From contig CM097882.1 in the NCBI GenBank assembly GCA_044892505.1, forward strand, positions 120,590,001-120,654,000: a DNA stretch of 64,000 nt. The letters are read 5' to 3'. The notes under the pieces were generated by a model. That model saw nothing but the letters and a program-made list of their open reading frames with translations, searched no databases and was not told where the DNA came from. This DNA comes from Schmidtea nova. Its lineage: Eukaryota. Position 1 is the stretch's first letter; each line of letters starts with the position of its first letter. The translations under genes and the position numbers were made by a program. Shown piece after piece: positions 12,201-26,500 of this stretch.

Positions 12201-15200
12201 CAATTTTCTTTGTAGTAATTATTTTCAGGAATAGGATCTTCTCTAATAATTGTTAATTGTTTCGATAGTAGTTTCGAGTGTAGTTAATTGTTTCTGTAAT
12301 TCTTTTATTTGTATCTTTAGATATATTTGGAAAACTTGAAATAAATAATAAAGTTGCTTATTTCAATAAATTTGGATGACTTGAAATATGACTTGAAATA
12401 TGACTTGAAAATATGAAATATGACTTGAAATATGACTTGAAATATGACTTGAAATATGACTTGAAATATCTTGATATCTTAGAGATTTTTTTTTAAATAA
12501 AGAATTTCAATTATTTGTGATTTGGCTTACTATAGCATTTGCTATAGCAAGTCAAATTCAAATTTTGAATTGAAATAATAATAAAAAATAAAAATAATGA
12601 AAATAATAATAAAAATAAAATTGACATACACACGAAATTATGGTGGGGGAACCGAACTATCATTTTCGACACTAACCATAAAATTGCTAAAAAAAAAACA
12701 AATTATCATACCAGTTTTTGGGTTCACAACACAACTTCCCCCTTTAAAATCGGAGGTTAACATTTGATTGAAAGAGAAAAACACTCACAGAATCACACCA
12801 AATTTACATTTTTAACGATAACAGTAACTTGAAACCCTTTTTTTGTTATGTTTCGTTTAGTTTTTTTTTAAGTTACAATTTAACACAAAAATTACATATT
12901 TACAAAGAAAAATAAAAGATCTGTACAAATAGCTATGTTGTGCCTGTGTTTTGCTTATGTATGTTTGTGCTTTTTACTTGAGGCATTTTCTGTAGTGTTT
13001 TTTTCTTGGGGTAGATTGTGTGAGGCGTTGTGTGTAATTTGATTGTTTTAATGATAGGGTTTTAATCTGCGTATGTTGATTCTAACTTTTCTATTTTTTA
13101 TCAATAATGTGCCCACGTTCTTGTTTAGTTCGAGAAGTTTGTAAGGACCTTCATATTTTGATTCAAAACCACTGGTAAAAGGTTTTTTTATTAAAACCTA
13201 ATCGACCATTAAATTTGTTTTTGTTTGTTTGCTGTCTTTGTCTGTGATGACTTCTTTTGTTTCGTTTTGGGTTGTTTGTGTTCTGTTCTTGTAAGTTTTA
13301 TCTGGGTTTTTGTAGTTATTTATTATGTTTGGGAGATTTGTTGAATGTCCGAAAGTTAATTGGCTTGGGCTTTTGTTGTTTAAGGATGAAGGGTTGTTTC
13401 GTAGACCAATTAAAATTTCTGCCAGTTTTTCTAACCAGTTCCTATCATTTGCTTTGGCTCTAATTGCCTGTTTTAAAGATCTATGTAGTCTTTCGACTTT
13501 GCCGTTGGACTGTTGTTGGACTGTTGGACTGTTGGACTGTTGTTCTGATTTTTTTTATTTTATATTTTTTGCAGTCCTTTGAATAAATCTGATTCGAATT
13601 GTCTGTCTTGATCACTGATGATTGTTTTTGGGTATCCATATCTTGCAAACCAGTTTAGTTCTATGTTTTCGCAGATAGTTTTGGCTGTAATTTCTTTTAT
13701 TGGTATTGCTTCGAACCAGTTTGTTTTGCGGTCAATCGTTGTCAACAGGTATCTGTAGTTGTTGTTTGGTGGAAGTGGTCCTACTAAATCCACGTGTACT
13801 GTCTCGAATGGTTCGGATTTGGGAAAATTTACTTTTGTTGTTTTGAATCTTTTTGTTGGTTTATTTTTCTGGCAGTGAAAACATGAGTTGACAAATTCTT
13901 TGGTGTCTTTCCTCATGTTTGGCCATACGACTTTAGTGTACATGAGTTAGTATGTAGCTTTTATTCCTGGGTGGTATATGTTGTGAAATTGGTTGATGAG
14001 TTCCATTCTGTGTTCATCAGGTACTATTAGTCTTATGTTGTTTTCGTTTGAGACATCGTACCAAATTCAATCAATCTCTTTTAGTATTAATGAGTTGATT
14101 TTTGGAAAGTTTTTTATTACTCTTTCTTGCTTGTTTCTCATTGTTTCTTGATTCACTATTGGGATCATGCTGATCGCGTTTGTTTCTGTTTCAATTAACG
14201 AAAGGGTATCTGCGCATATGTTTGCTGCTCCTGCTATATATTTTATTTCGAAATTGAATTGTGAAATGTAGTTTAACTGTCTTATTTGTCTTGGTGACGG
14301 TAATTTTATTTTGATTGCGTTTAGTAGAGGTTTGTGGTCTGTATATACCTCAAATTCTTTCCCTTCTAAGAGGTATTGAAAGTGTTTTATTGTATTGTGT
14401 ACCGCCAGCAGTTCCCTGTCAAAAGTGGAATATCGCATTTGGTGAGCTTTGAGTTTTTTTGAAAAAAATGCAATGGGTCTTTTTTCGTTATTTTTTTCTT
14501 GGTATATTGTACCTCCCATTGCTGTTCCAGAGCAATCAGTGCTGAGGATGTATGTTAGGTTTGGGTCTGGATAGTTTAATAGACTTGTGTTGGATAGGTT
14601 TGTTTTTGCTTTTTCAAAAACACTTTCTAGTTGTTTGTTCCAATTGATTTTGACGTTTCTTTTGTTGTTGTTTAGATCGTTTAGTGGTGCGAGTATTTCG
14701 CTACACTTTGGGATGTGTTTATGGTAAAAGTTTATCATTCCCATAAAACGTCTTAATTCTCTTGTTGTTTTATGAAGATGGAATTCCTTGATGGCCTTTA
14801 TTTTGTCGTCTTAAGGTCTTGTTTTATTTTCGTTTAGGATATGTCCCAAATACTTGACTTCGTGTCTTAGGAATTCGCATTTCTTAATATTTATTTTGAG
14901 ATCGTTATTGTTGAGGGTGTTTAGGATTTCCTTAATGTCCTGAATATGTTCGATTTTATTTGTTTATGCGATTAGGAGGTCGTCCAGATATGCAACCGTA
15001 TTCCTGTGGTTTCTCAGGATTTGGTCCATGAACCTTTGGAAAGTGGCGGCTGCGTTTTTCGAACCGAATGGCATTCGGTTGTATTCATATAATCCGATCG
15101 GCGCTATTATTGCAGATTTTTTGATGTCTTCTTCACGCACCGGAATTTGGTGGTATGCTTTTTGTAAGTCAATTTTAGTGAAGTAATTTGGATTATGTAT

Positions 15201-18200
15201 CCTGTTGATTATGTCGTTGATTATAGGTATGGGGTATTTGTCGGGTATTGTGATATTGTTCAAGGCTCTATAATCTCCGCATGCTCTCCATTCGCCATTT
15301 GCTTTTTCTTTTAGCATGAGCGCGGATGACCATTTTGAGTTGGAATGTTGAATTATGTTGTTTTCCAATAAATCGTCGAAAATTTCTTTGGTTATTGTGA
15401 GTTTTTTATTGTCCAGTTACCTTACTTTAGCGTGGACTGGGTTGCCATTTGTCATGATTGCGTGTTCTGTTATGCATTTGTTTGTGGTTTCTATTGATAG
15501 TTTATCTGTGATTGTAGGGTAGTTTTTTAGTAGGTCTTTGATTTCTTTTGGTAAAATATTGTTTGGGTTTGGGTTTTCGCAATTTGTTGTATTTTTGGTT
15601 TGTAAGCCTTTCGGTTGTGTTTTGATTGTGTTTGCGGTTATTACTCCGATATCACAGTTTGGTTGGTTGTTTAAGTTTTTGTAATTGGTTTTGTTGTTTA
15701 GGTATTTTTCTGTTTCGGAGTTATTTTGTAAAATTCTTTTTTTTCGGCAGTCTACAAGCAAATTGTATTTCGTTAAGAAATCGGCTCCTAAGGTTGCCTG
15801 TTTCACGTCAGCGATGATGAATTCCCAATTGTAGTTGGTTTTGTTTATGTTAATAGTTAATTGTTGTTTGCCGTAAGTTTTGATGTTGCTGCCATTTGCT
15901 GCGCACAGGTTGTAGTTTTCTTCTTTTAAGGATTGGAATAAATAACTAGGTAACAAACTAACTATTAAACCAGAATCAACGAGGAAATTTATTTTTTTGC
16001 TTTGTACCGTGAATGTTTCGTAGTCGCCAAATGTCGGTGCTGTCATTAGCGACTTTAATTGTTTTCCGGATTTTTGTGTTGGAAAGTACAAGGGGTGTTA
16101 CACTTAAAAGCTTTTTCACCGAATATATTATGGTTGTAAAACCAGTTTTGGTTTTGTTTGTTGTTGTTGTTTGCATTGTTTGAATTGTTGTAATGGTTGT
16201 TGAAGTTCGGTTTTTGTTCTGAGTAATTGTTTTGGTAATTTTGTTTGTACTGGTTTTTCCTTGCTTCTCTCGTTTGTGCTTCTTGCAGATCATTTCAAAG
16301 GGTTTTGTTCTCTGTTATGACTTTGTCGACTTTTTTTATTAATGAATTCAGTATTTTGTTAGTTTCATTGTTGGGGTTCTCTTGTTCTTGAATGATTTCT
16401 CGTCTGTTTTGTCCCGGGTTTTGGTTTCTGTATGTTTTACAGATTGTTGGGTATATCTCATCGTTTATTTTATCAGCTATTTCGGCAATCGTGTCTAGGT
16501 TTGTACAGTTGTTTGCGGCCAAAATGCGTCTGATTTCTTGTGGCATTGCCCTCATAAATAGGTCCTTTACGAATTCGCTTGATCCCGAGCTTGTTATTTT
16601 GGGTTGTAGGAATTCCAGTTTTGTTTTAAGGTGCCTTAAAAATTCGCTAGGTTTGTCGTTTCCTAGCTGAATGTCTTTTAGGCAAGATTTTAATACTTCC
16701 TTCTTGTTTATCTTATTTCTATTTAATAAGGTTGAGTACAATGTTTCGAAGGGGTCGTTATTTTTTCTATTTTTTCTATCCTGTCGCCGATTTCGTTTAG
16801 TATGTTGCTTGGCAATGCGGCGATTATGTGGGCGCATAGTGTCTTTGATGACTTGATTCCCGATAGAGTTAATGTTAGCTTGGCGAACTCTAACCATTTT
16901 TGAGGGGTTCCGTTTTCGTCGGTAAAAAAATTGGGAATGTTTGCCTTAGGGTTGATGATTGAGTTTATGGTGCTGTGCTCAAATGGTGTTTGTGAATTGT
17001 TTGAGTTTGTTTGGTTCGATGCCATTATTGTATTTTTGTTGTTTGTTTATGTGAAAGAAAATGAGATTGATTGAAGGATATAGCCTACTGTGTTCGACTA
17101 ACAAAGTCAACTATCCTTTATAGCTCTATCTATAGCTATTCTAAAAGGCGTAGTGATTGAAATAACAAAAATCGGTGAGTGTGTGTTGTGTTTTTTGCTT
17201 CTAACACCACTTTGTTGAGTAATTGTTAGGTAGAACTGTTGTGTTTTTAATAGAAATGTTAATTAGATGTTAGTTAGGAATGTTGTGTTTTTAATATAAA
17301 TGTTATGTAACAGAAATATGTCAAGGCCCGAAAGAGTCTCCCAAAGAAAATGAATTGTGGGGACAATTGGGGTGCAGGTTATATGTCTATTGTATGCGTG
17401 TAATCACAATAAAATAACAACAATAAAATAACAAAATTTGATTATGATATTATAAAAGTTTTATTGTTTAAACTTATTTAAATCCAAAACCAACAATTAC
17501 AATACAATTACTTTATAATGACCTCAACAATTTTCTTTGTAGTAATTATTTTCAGGAATAGGATCTTCTCTAATAATTGTTAATTGTTTCGATAGCTAGC
17601 AGTTTCTGTAGTTAATAGTGTAGTTAATTGTTTCTGTAATTTTTTTATTTGTATCTTTAGATATATTTGGAAGACTTGAAATAAATTATAAAGTTGCTTA
17701 TTTCAATAAATTTGGATGATTTGAAATATCTTGAAATATGACTTGAAATATGACTTGAAAATATGAAATATGACTTGAAAATATGAAATATGACTTGAAA
17801 TATGACTTGAAATATCTTGATATCTTAGAGATTTTTTTTTAAATAATCAATTTCAATTATTTGTGATTTGGCTTACTATAGCATTTGCTATAGCAAGCCA
17901 AATTCAAATTTTGAATTGAAATAATAATAAAAAATAAAAATAATGAAAATAATAATAAAAATAAAATTGACATTCACACGAAATAATGGGAGGGAATTGA
18001 ACTATCATTTTCGACACTAACCATAAAATTGCCAAATAAAAAAAACAAATTATCATACCAGTTGTTGGGTTCACAACAGTGATTATTTATAAATAAATAT
18101 TGCAATTCAGTCTCAGTTCATTAAATTGGGGCCCCACCGGTCAAACCCCATAACAAAAATAAATAAAACATAAATACCGAATAAATAAAATTTAGAATCT

Positions 18201-19453
18201 TAAAATTTAAATAAAAACCAACAACTTCCAATCATTGGGGTTACACTTCCCTGGGCAGCGATTGAAAGTTGCCAGTTATTATTACTATATTCAGCGTAGA
18301 GTATGATCATTATAAATATTATATCAAATGAATAAAATTTAGAACTAAATAAAAACCAGCAACTCCCAACCACTTGGGTTACACTTCCTTTAGCAGCGAT
18401 TGAAAGTGGCCAGTAATTATTACTATATTCAGTTTAAAGTACTTTTCATTATAAATATTATAACAAATCATATTATTATTGTTGTTATTATATCGTTGTA
18501 ATAATATTAGGACGATAAAAGAGCATTATCGTTGATGTCATTAATAGTAAGACAACAAAAAAAAGTAATAAAATAAATAAAATAAAGACTGTCAAATTGA
18601 ATAAATAATAAAATGAATCATTAATTTAAAATATAAGACAAAATTATTATTAATATGGAGTAATAAATAAGATGAATTAAAAAGAATAACCAAGACAATT
18701 TTCGTTTTTACTTTCAATTTCAACATTACCATATAATATCAGAACCATCATTACGATGAGGAGGTTCATCATTCCAAGGGTATATTATCAACATTATTTC
18801 ATTCGGACGTATCATTACAATTATTCAAAATTTCAATTATAATCATTGTTATTATTACTAGTATCATTATTATAACTATATTGTTGTGACTATAATAGAA
18901 ATGACAAGTCACAATATTATTATTGGCATAGTAAAAGCATCGTTGTGAAAATAACTTCGATGTTCACACTTTATTAGTAGCATTTTACATTTTAATTCTA
19001 GAAAATAAAAGCACTTATTTCTAAAATTTATTTCTAAAAAATTTCTAAACTTTTTTTAAATTTAATACAAAAAAATATATGTAACCGAAAGGTATCAATA
19101 AGGCAAGTCAATAAAATAAATAACAATAAAATTTTTATTGTTCAACTGAAATATCTGCCTTAGTAAAATACGATAAGGTATTNNNNNNNNNNNNNNNNNN
19201 NNNNNNNNNNNNNNNNNNNNNNNNNNNNNNNNNNNNNNNNNNNNNNNNNNNNNNNNNNNNNNNNNNNNNNNNNNNNNNNNNNNNNNNNNNNNNNNNNNNN
19301 NNNNNNNNNNNNNNNNNNNNNNNNNNNNNNNNNNNNNNNNNNNNNNNNNNNNNNNNNNNNNNACTATAGATTAAAATTTTGATCTATAGTCATTATGAGA
19401 ATTATTGATAATAATAATAAAAAAAGATCAAAGGTGAAAAAAGATAATTATGA

Positions 19454-19503
<50 letters not shown>

Positions 19504-21841
19504 TGTTATTATTATTATTATGATTATTATTAATTTACAAAAAAAATTTTAATAACTCACAATGAATTGGCCAAATGGCCGCATAAAAAATATCAGAATT
19601 CTAAAATAAAATGAGTAGTGCCTAGTATTGCGGTATAAAGAATAGCCCCACTGTTGACCGAACACAGTAGGTCATATCCTTGAAATCAAACTCATTTTTT
19701 ATATACACAAAAAAAACCAAACTAATAACAATGGCATCAAATAATAATGAATATTTTAACTATAACAACAACGAAAACCAGCAAAATGAAAACAGAAATT
19801 ATTGCTCTAACCCCGAAAATTCCTTTACAGTCAGGTCAATAATTAACACAAAGCCAAATATCCCGAATTATTTTACAGACCAAAATGGCACACCCAAAAA
19901 TGTTAGAGTTTGCAAAATTAACTCTTACCCTTTTCGGAATTAAATCAACGAAAACCTTGTGTTCCCACATAATTGCTGCTCTACCTAGCAACATCTTAAA
20001 CGAAATAGCCGACAAGATCGACGAAATATAGAAAAACGACGACCCTTTCAATTTACTATACACAACACTAATGAACAGAAATAAAGTAAATAGAAGGGAA
20101 GTGCTAGAATCCTGCCTAAAAGACATTCAATTAGGAAACGACAAAGCTAGCGAATTTTTAAGGAACCTTAAAACAAAACTGGAATTCTTACAACCCAAAA
20201 TAACAAGCTCTGGTTCAAGTGAATTCATAAAAGACTTATTTATGAGGGCAATGCCACAAGAAATCAGACGCATTTTGGCCACAAGCAACTGCACAAAACT
20301 TGATACGATTGCCGAAATAGCCGAAAAAATAAACGACGAAATATTCCCAACAATCTGTAAAATATACAGAAAACAAAACACGGGACAAAACAAACGAAAA
20401 TGCAGATACCGACGTTATGGAACAATTACAATGGATTTATCTTGATTTAAGAACGGGAAATTGATAAAAAGACTAACTGGTGAAGTGTTACACGAAGCGG
20501 GACCAGTCCTTTAATCAAACCTTGGAAATAACACCAAAAGTTGAAGTAATATACTGTGCCAATGTAATGAATGTTTCCGAAGATGAATGTATATTTGAAC
20601 CAAATCAAAAATTAATAGAGAAGCAGGACGTACAAATGTGCGATGAAGTAGTGAAAGTTAAAGACAAACCGTACCAGTAAAATTAGCAAATTGCAGCACA
20701 AAATCTATTCAGATGAAACCCAAAACAGAGCTGGGAAAACTGACAAAAAAAAACAAGAAGAAGTACAAAAATTGCCCAAAAATATAAAAATTTATAAAGG
20801 ACTTCAAATTACAAGTTACGATTTAACAGATGAGCAAAAACAAGAATTCACTGCACTATTAAAGAGATAAAGAAACGTGTTCGCAAAACATGAATATGAT
20901 TTGGGACTCACTCAAGTGATTGAACATGAGATACCATTGCTGGACGAAACCCTTATAACATTGAGACCATATAGATTCAATATATTCATCAAGAGGAAAG
21001 TGATCGGCAACTCAAAGCAATGAAAGAATTCAAAATAATACGAGATAGCTCATCGCCATTCTCATCTTCAATCGTAGTAGTGAAAAAGAAAGATGGTGAT
21101 TTACGATTCTGTGTCGACTATCGAAAGTTAAACCAAGTCACAACGAAAGACACATATCCTATTCCAGTTCCGCAAGAAATGTTTGATCAAATGGGGGAGG
21201 TGCAATCCTTCACAGTTATTGATCTCAACAAAGGATATAATCAGTTCAAGGTCAAAGAAGAGGACAGAAGGAAAACTGCTTTTCAGCTGGTAAAGGTATG
21301 TACGAGCTTAATGTCTTACCATTTGGTTTAACGGGAGCACCGGCTACCTTTCAGAGAGGTATGAATTCCGTATTACGTGACATCCCACATGCACTAGTCA
21401 CTAGTCACTAGAGCAAAGTGCTCCAAAAAATATTTTTATCAAATTTGCTACGGTCGACTGTCAAATTTAATGAAGTTTGATACGGCCGACGGTCGATTAA
21501 TAAAATTGAAATTATTTTAAACACAATTAAAGTGTTTTGTGATTGACTCTTAAATTAATTGTAAATAACTGGGCTAACAACAGTATTACGTTACACTTCC
21601 TACATTAAGCTGCCAGTGAAAAAGCTAAGTTATTATTTACAGTTATTAGTAGTATAAATGTTGTTATGATGGTAATGATAACAATTATTATATTATTAGT
21701 ATTTTTAGTTATTATTATTATGGCGATTAATGTTATAATTATTACTAAAAATATTATTACTAGGATTATTGTTGTTATTATTATTGTCATTATTATTATT
21801 ATAATTATTATTAATTTTATATTATTATAAATATTATTATA

Positions 21842-21880
<39 letters not shown>

Positions 21881-22149
21881 GTTATTATTATTTTTATTTT
21901 TATGTTATTTTAATAGTAATAATAATTATTGTTGTTGTTATTATCATTATTAGTTATAAGTGTAATTATTAGTATTATTATTATTAATATTACTATTAAT
22001 ATTATTATTATTAATACTGTTATACTTACTATTGCTAATATTATTATCACTAGTATTATCACTGTAAGGAGTTCCAAAACTCCTTTTAAATTAAAAATAA
22101 TTTAATTAATTAATTTAACGAGTAACATTTTAGATATTTTAGATTAATA

Positions 22150-22229
<80 letters not shown>

Positions 22230-23448
22230 CAATATCCTCATTAATATTAGAATTATAAATGCCTCAGTGTTTTAATATTCAGAATTAAACGAAAACATTT
22301 TGAAAGTGTGATAAAAATTTAATAAATATTATTGAAGAAGAGTTGAATTTAATGGCTTCTAACATGGCGACCACGACCACGGATCTTTTAATAAGCAGAC
22401 TGCTTCCTGGAAAATTCCACAAGGGTGATAATCTTGAAGATTTTATCAAAGATTGTCAGAGAATTTTCAGCGTTACGAAGACTTCTATCAAAATGCAACT
22501 AATTTTGACCACTACTCTTTTGGATAGATCTTTAATGGAGGATTATGAAGCTGCAGAAGGAAAAACGATTGAAGAGAAACTTTGTGGTGCTTTTTCAAAG
22601 CCAACTTCATTAATATAAGATTTAAAAGAAGCTTTAAGTTATGAACAAGGGTCTGATTCAGCCGAAATATTTATAGAGAAAATTAAAAAAGTAACGAAAA
22701 AAGTAAATGCACACAAATGGGATGAAGAAGAGATAGAAAAATGTCTTTTAATAAGCTGTTCAAGAGATAAAGAAGTTGAAATGAAAGATAAAAAAACTGC
22801 CGATGAAATTAAGTCAACAATCAAGAAATTAGAAAAAGTTGACAAAATTATGGGCCAAATTAATGTGTTGAAGACTTCTTCAGTTACATTCAACAACAGA
22901 AATTATGGAGATGCTGCTCAAAGAGGACTCGTAAATGGAAACAATACCGTGAAGCAAAGAAATCAGAATAAACGATATGTTGAATGCTGGACATGCAACA
23001 AAACGGGTCACATTAGTAGAGAATTTCAAATGAAAAAAGAACCCAGTGCTTTGCATGTGGAGTAGAAGGGCAAGTACGTCGAGAATGTCCAACAATTCAA
23101 TGTCAAAGATGTCAATTGCGTGGACACAAAGAAAATGATTGTTACACCAACTTAGAAAGAAGAAGATTTGGATTTAATCAGAATGAAGGAAACCATAATT
23201 ACTATCCAAATCGATCAATGAAATATCAATAGAGGAATCAGCACCAGCGAAAAACAGTAACAGCTATTGAAACTAATGATGAAATTATGCCAATGGACTA
23301 TTCGGGTGATTCTGAGGACAAATGTGATGACGCCCAGCACCCAAAAGTACACGCTTCGACATGGGAGGCAATGATCGGAGCAATTTATTAGGTAATTTTG
23401 ATGTTAGTGTAAATATTGGCCATATTTTTAATAATGATATAAATAATT

Positions 23449-23507
<59 letters not shown>

Positions 23508-26500
23508 TAAAACCTTTATCTAATATTTATTAGTAGTAATGTACTTAATTTTAGTAATTTTTTTAATGCTGACCAGACTTTATTAAATAATAATATTAAA
23601 AATTTTTAAAATCAAAAAGATAATAAATTTAAAGAAACAGAATTTAGTAAGGAAATAATAGCAGAAAAAGTTTATAAGTTCTTAAAAAAATTAGAGAATA
23701 CAGAGTGAAATGATAAAATATGGATGAATGAAATAATGGTTAATTCAAATTTTAAGGAGAAGCAAAATATATTCACTGACGAAGAATGGGAAGAGTTACA
23801 ATTGACATATAATAAAATTCAAGGTAGACCGAGTACAACTCTTGAAATTCAGGGCCATAAAATGGAAAGTTTGTTAGATACGGGAGCTAGAGTTAATGTT
23901 ATGACTAAAGCAGTTGTGGATAAATTAGAAAATGTTGAAATAATAAGGACGAACGATAAATTAAGATGTTGCAAATGATAGCAAACTGGAAACAGTAGGA
24001 AAGATACAAATTGATGTTATAATTGGTAATATAGCAAGAAAAGTAACATTTATTGTAGTTACAAATGTTGTCCCAGATATAATTGGAGGAGTGGAATTGC
24101 AGAAACAGTTTGGACTAGAATTAAGATATATAGAGAGTAAATGTGAAAGATCGAATGATTTTATATGTGAAATAAAAGCGAAATTTGGAAGAAATATTAC
24201 AAATACTGAAAGATTACAGAAAACAATAGAAACTTTAAATTTATACGAGAATAATAAGCTGTTAGAAATTGTAAAAAATATATAAATGTTTTTATGACAG
24301 ATAAGTGGGATATTGGATGTACGGATTTAATTCAACATAAAATTATTACAAAAGGTGAACCAATAATGATAAAGCCGAATAGACAGCCTATCAATTTAGA
24401 GGAGAAAATAAATAATGCAATAAAAAATTTAGAAAATAATGATATCATAAGGAAATGTAACTCGCCTTGGAATACACCTTTAGTATGCGTGTGGAAAAAA
24501 GAGAAAAAAGATATTAGACTTTGTTTAGACTTTAGGCAATTGAATAAAATTACCGAAAGACAAGCGTTTCCAATGCGAACGTTGAAGAAATATTAGATAC
24601 ACTACATGGATCTAAATACTTTAGTTCTATAGATCTCGGGAACGCTTATTATCAAGTAAGATTGGATATTGAATATCAAGAAAATACAGCTTTTCTACTA
24701 AACAAGGCCAATTTTGTTTTAATCGAAGGCCATTTGGTATTGCAGCTGCGCCAGGTACATTTCAAGAATTAATGACAAAAGTATTAAAAGATCTAAATAA
24801 AGAAGGGGTAATGGTGTATTTAGATGATATTTTGATTTTTACAAAAACTATAGAGGAACACTACAAGACTGTCGAAAGAGTGTTAGAGAAAATATTGGAG
24901 GCAAAATTAAAAATTAATCCTGAAAAGTGTCAGTTATTAAAAAATGAAGTTAAATTCTTAGGTCACGTTATAAACAGCCAAGGAATAAATACGGATAAAA
25001 GTAAAATTGAAGCGATCCAGTCATTTCAAAAACCAAAATGAATATAAAATTTGAGGAGTTTTTTGGGTATATGTAATTACTATCGCAGATTTATTAAGGA
25101 TTATGCAAAGAAATCAAGAATCTTAGAAAGTATATGTGGCAATAGCAATGAAAAAATGATTTGGACTGAGGAATGTGAAAAAGCCTTTGAAGAAATGAAA
25201 ATAGCATTAACAACAGCACCGGTTCTTGTATTCCCAGATTTCAGGAAGGAATTTATATTAGATACAGACGCAAGTTTTGATACGATTGGGGCCGTTTTAT
25301 CGCAAACTGATGAATGGGGATACGAGCATGTTGTAGCATATGGATCACATGTAATGGGCTCACACGAAAGAGGGTATTGCATTACACTAAAGGAACTTTT
25401 GGCTATTTACTATTTTTGTCGTCATTTCAATCATTATTTATATGGTAAACGATTTGTCTTACGCACTGATCATAAAGCGATTACTTTTATGTTAACGACA
25501 AAAAAGCCAATAACAGCACAATTCCAAACATGGATAAATTATTTAAGTAGTTTGGACATAAAAATGGAGTTCAGAAAAGGTGCTGCGCATACTAATGCAG
25601 ATATGCTTTCTAGAAATATCTGTGGGAAATGTGTACAATGTGCAATGGAGCATGAAAATCCAAAATCAGGAAAATTAAAAACTAGGTTGTTAACTTTGAT
25701 GACAGAAAATAACGGAGATGAATGGCAAAAGGATAGTGCAGAGATACAAAATATAAAAGATAGAATTAATAGGAATGAAAAGGATAAATTTTATTTAAAA
25801 AATAATATAGTCTACACAAATAAAGACAAAATATGGATACCAGAAATTAAAAGACGAGAAATGATAAAGAAAACACATTTGTTATTATGTCATGCAGGGG
25901 TAGAAAAAGTAATGAAATACATTCAGAACAATTTTGATATGTTAGACTTGGCAAAAGAAATAAAAGACGACTATCTCTACATGTGAATCATGCCAGAAAA
26001 ACAAAGTTATGACCACAAAGTTTAAAGAAGAAACCAAAGTCATTCAAGCTTCTGAACCTTTTGAAAAAATATACATGGACATCTATGGACCTTTAAGAGA
26101 AGCATTCAAGGGAGATAAATATATTTGTGCTATAATTGATCATTACAGTAAATATATTTCACTAACTGCTATTAGTAAACAGGATGAAAAAACAATAGGA
26201 AAAGTTTTGTTACATAAATGGATACTTAAATTTGGGGCACCTAAAGAATTACATGTAGATTGTGGAAAGAATTTCGAAGCAAATAGCATTAAAGAACTGG
26301 AAAAACAGCAGGTATAGAGTTAATATTTTCAAGTCAGTATCACCATAATACCAATGGTTTAGTTGAAAGACTGTTTCGAACTATTAGAGATTATATTAAC
26401 TCATCATTAAATGATGGAATAAAAGAAAATTGGGCAGAATTATTGCCTGATATAGAATACACTTTAAATGAGACAGCTTAGAAAACTACTGGAGTTAGCC

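Larger units (their letters stand above)
11886..18078 (-). mobile_element. Gypsy/Ty3 LTR retrotransposon A, full length, decayed
   Basis: LTRs 11886-12731 and 17213-18078 (TG...CA); TSD GTGAT at 11881-11885 and 18079-18083. PBS TGGTGTTAGAAG follows the 5' LTR and PPT AAAGGGGGAAG precedes the 3' LTR on the minus strand. Order gag-PR-RT-RH-INT. Confidence 0.97.

Noticed and set aside
21605-21790. Ile-rich membrane-like ORF, and similar ORFs spanning N runs at 1230-1448 and 29509-30595
   Set aside because: Artefacts of the (ATT)n microsatellite or of N masking.
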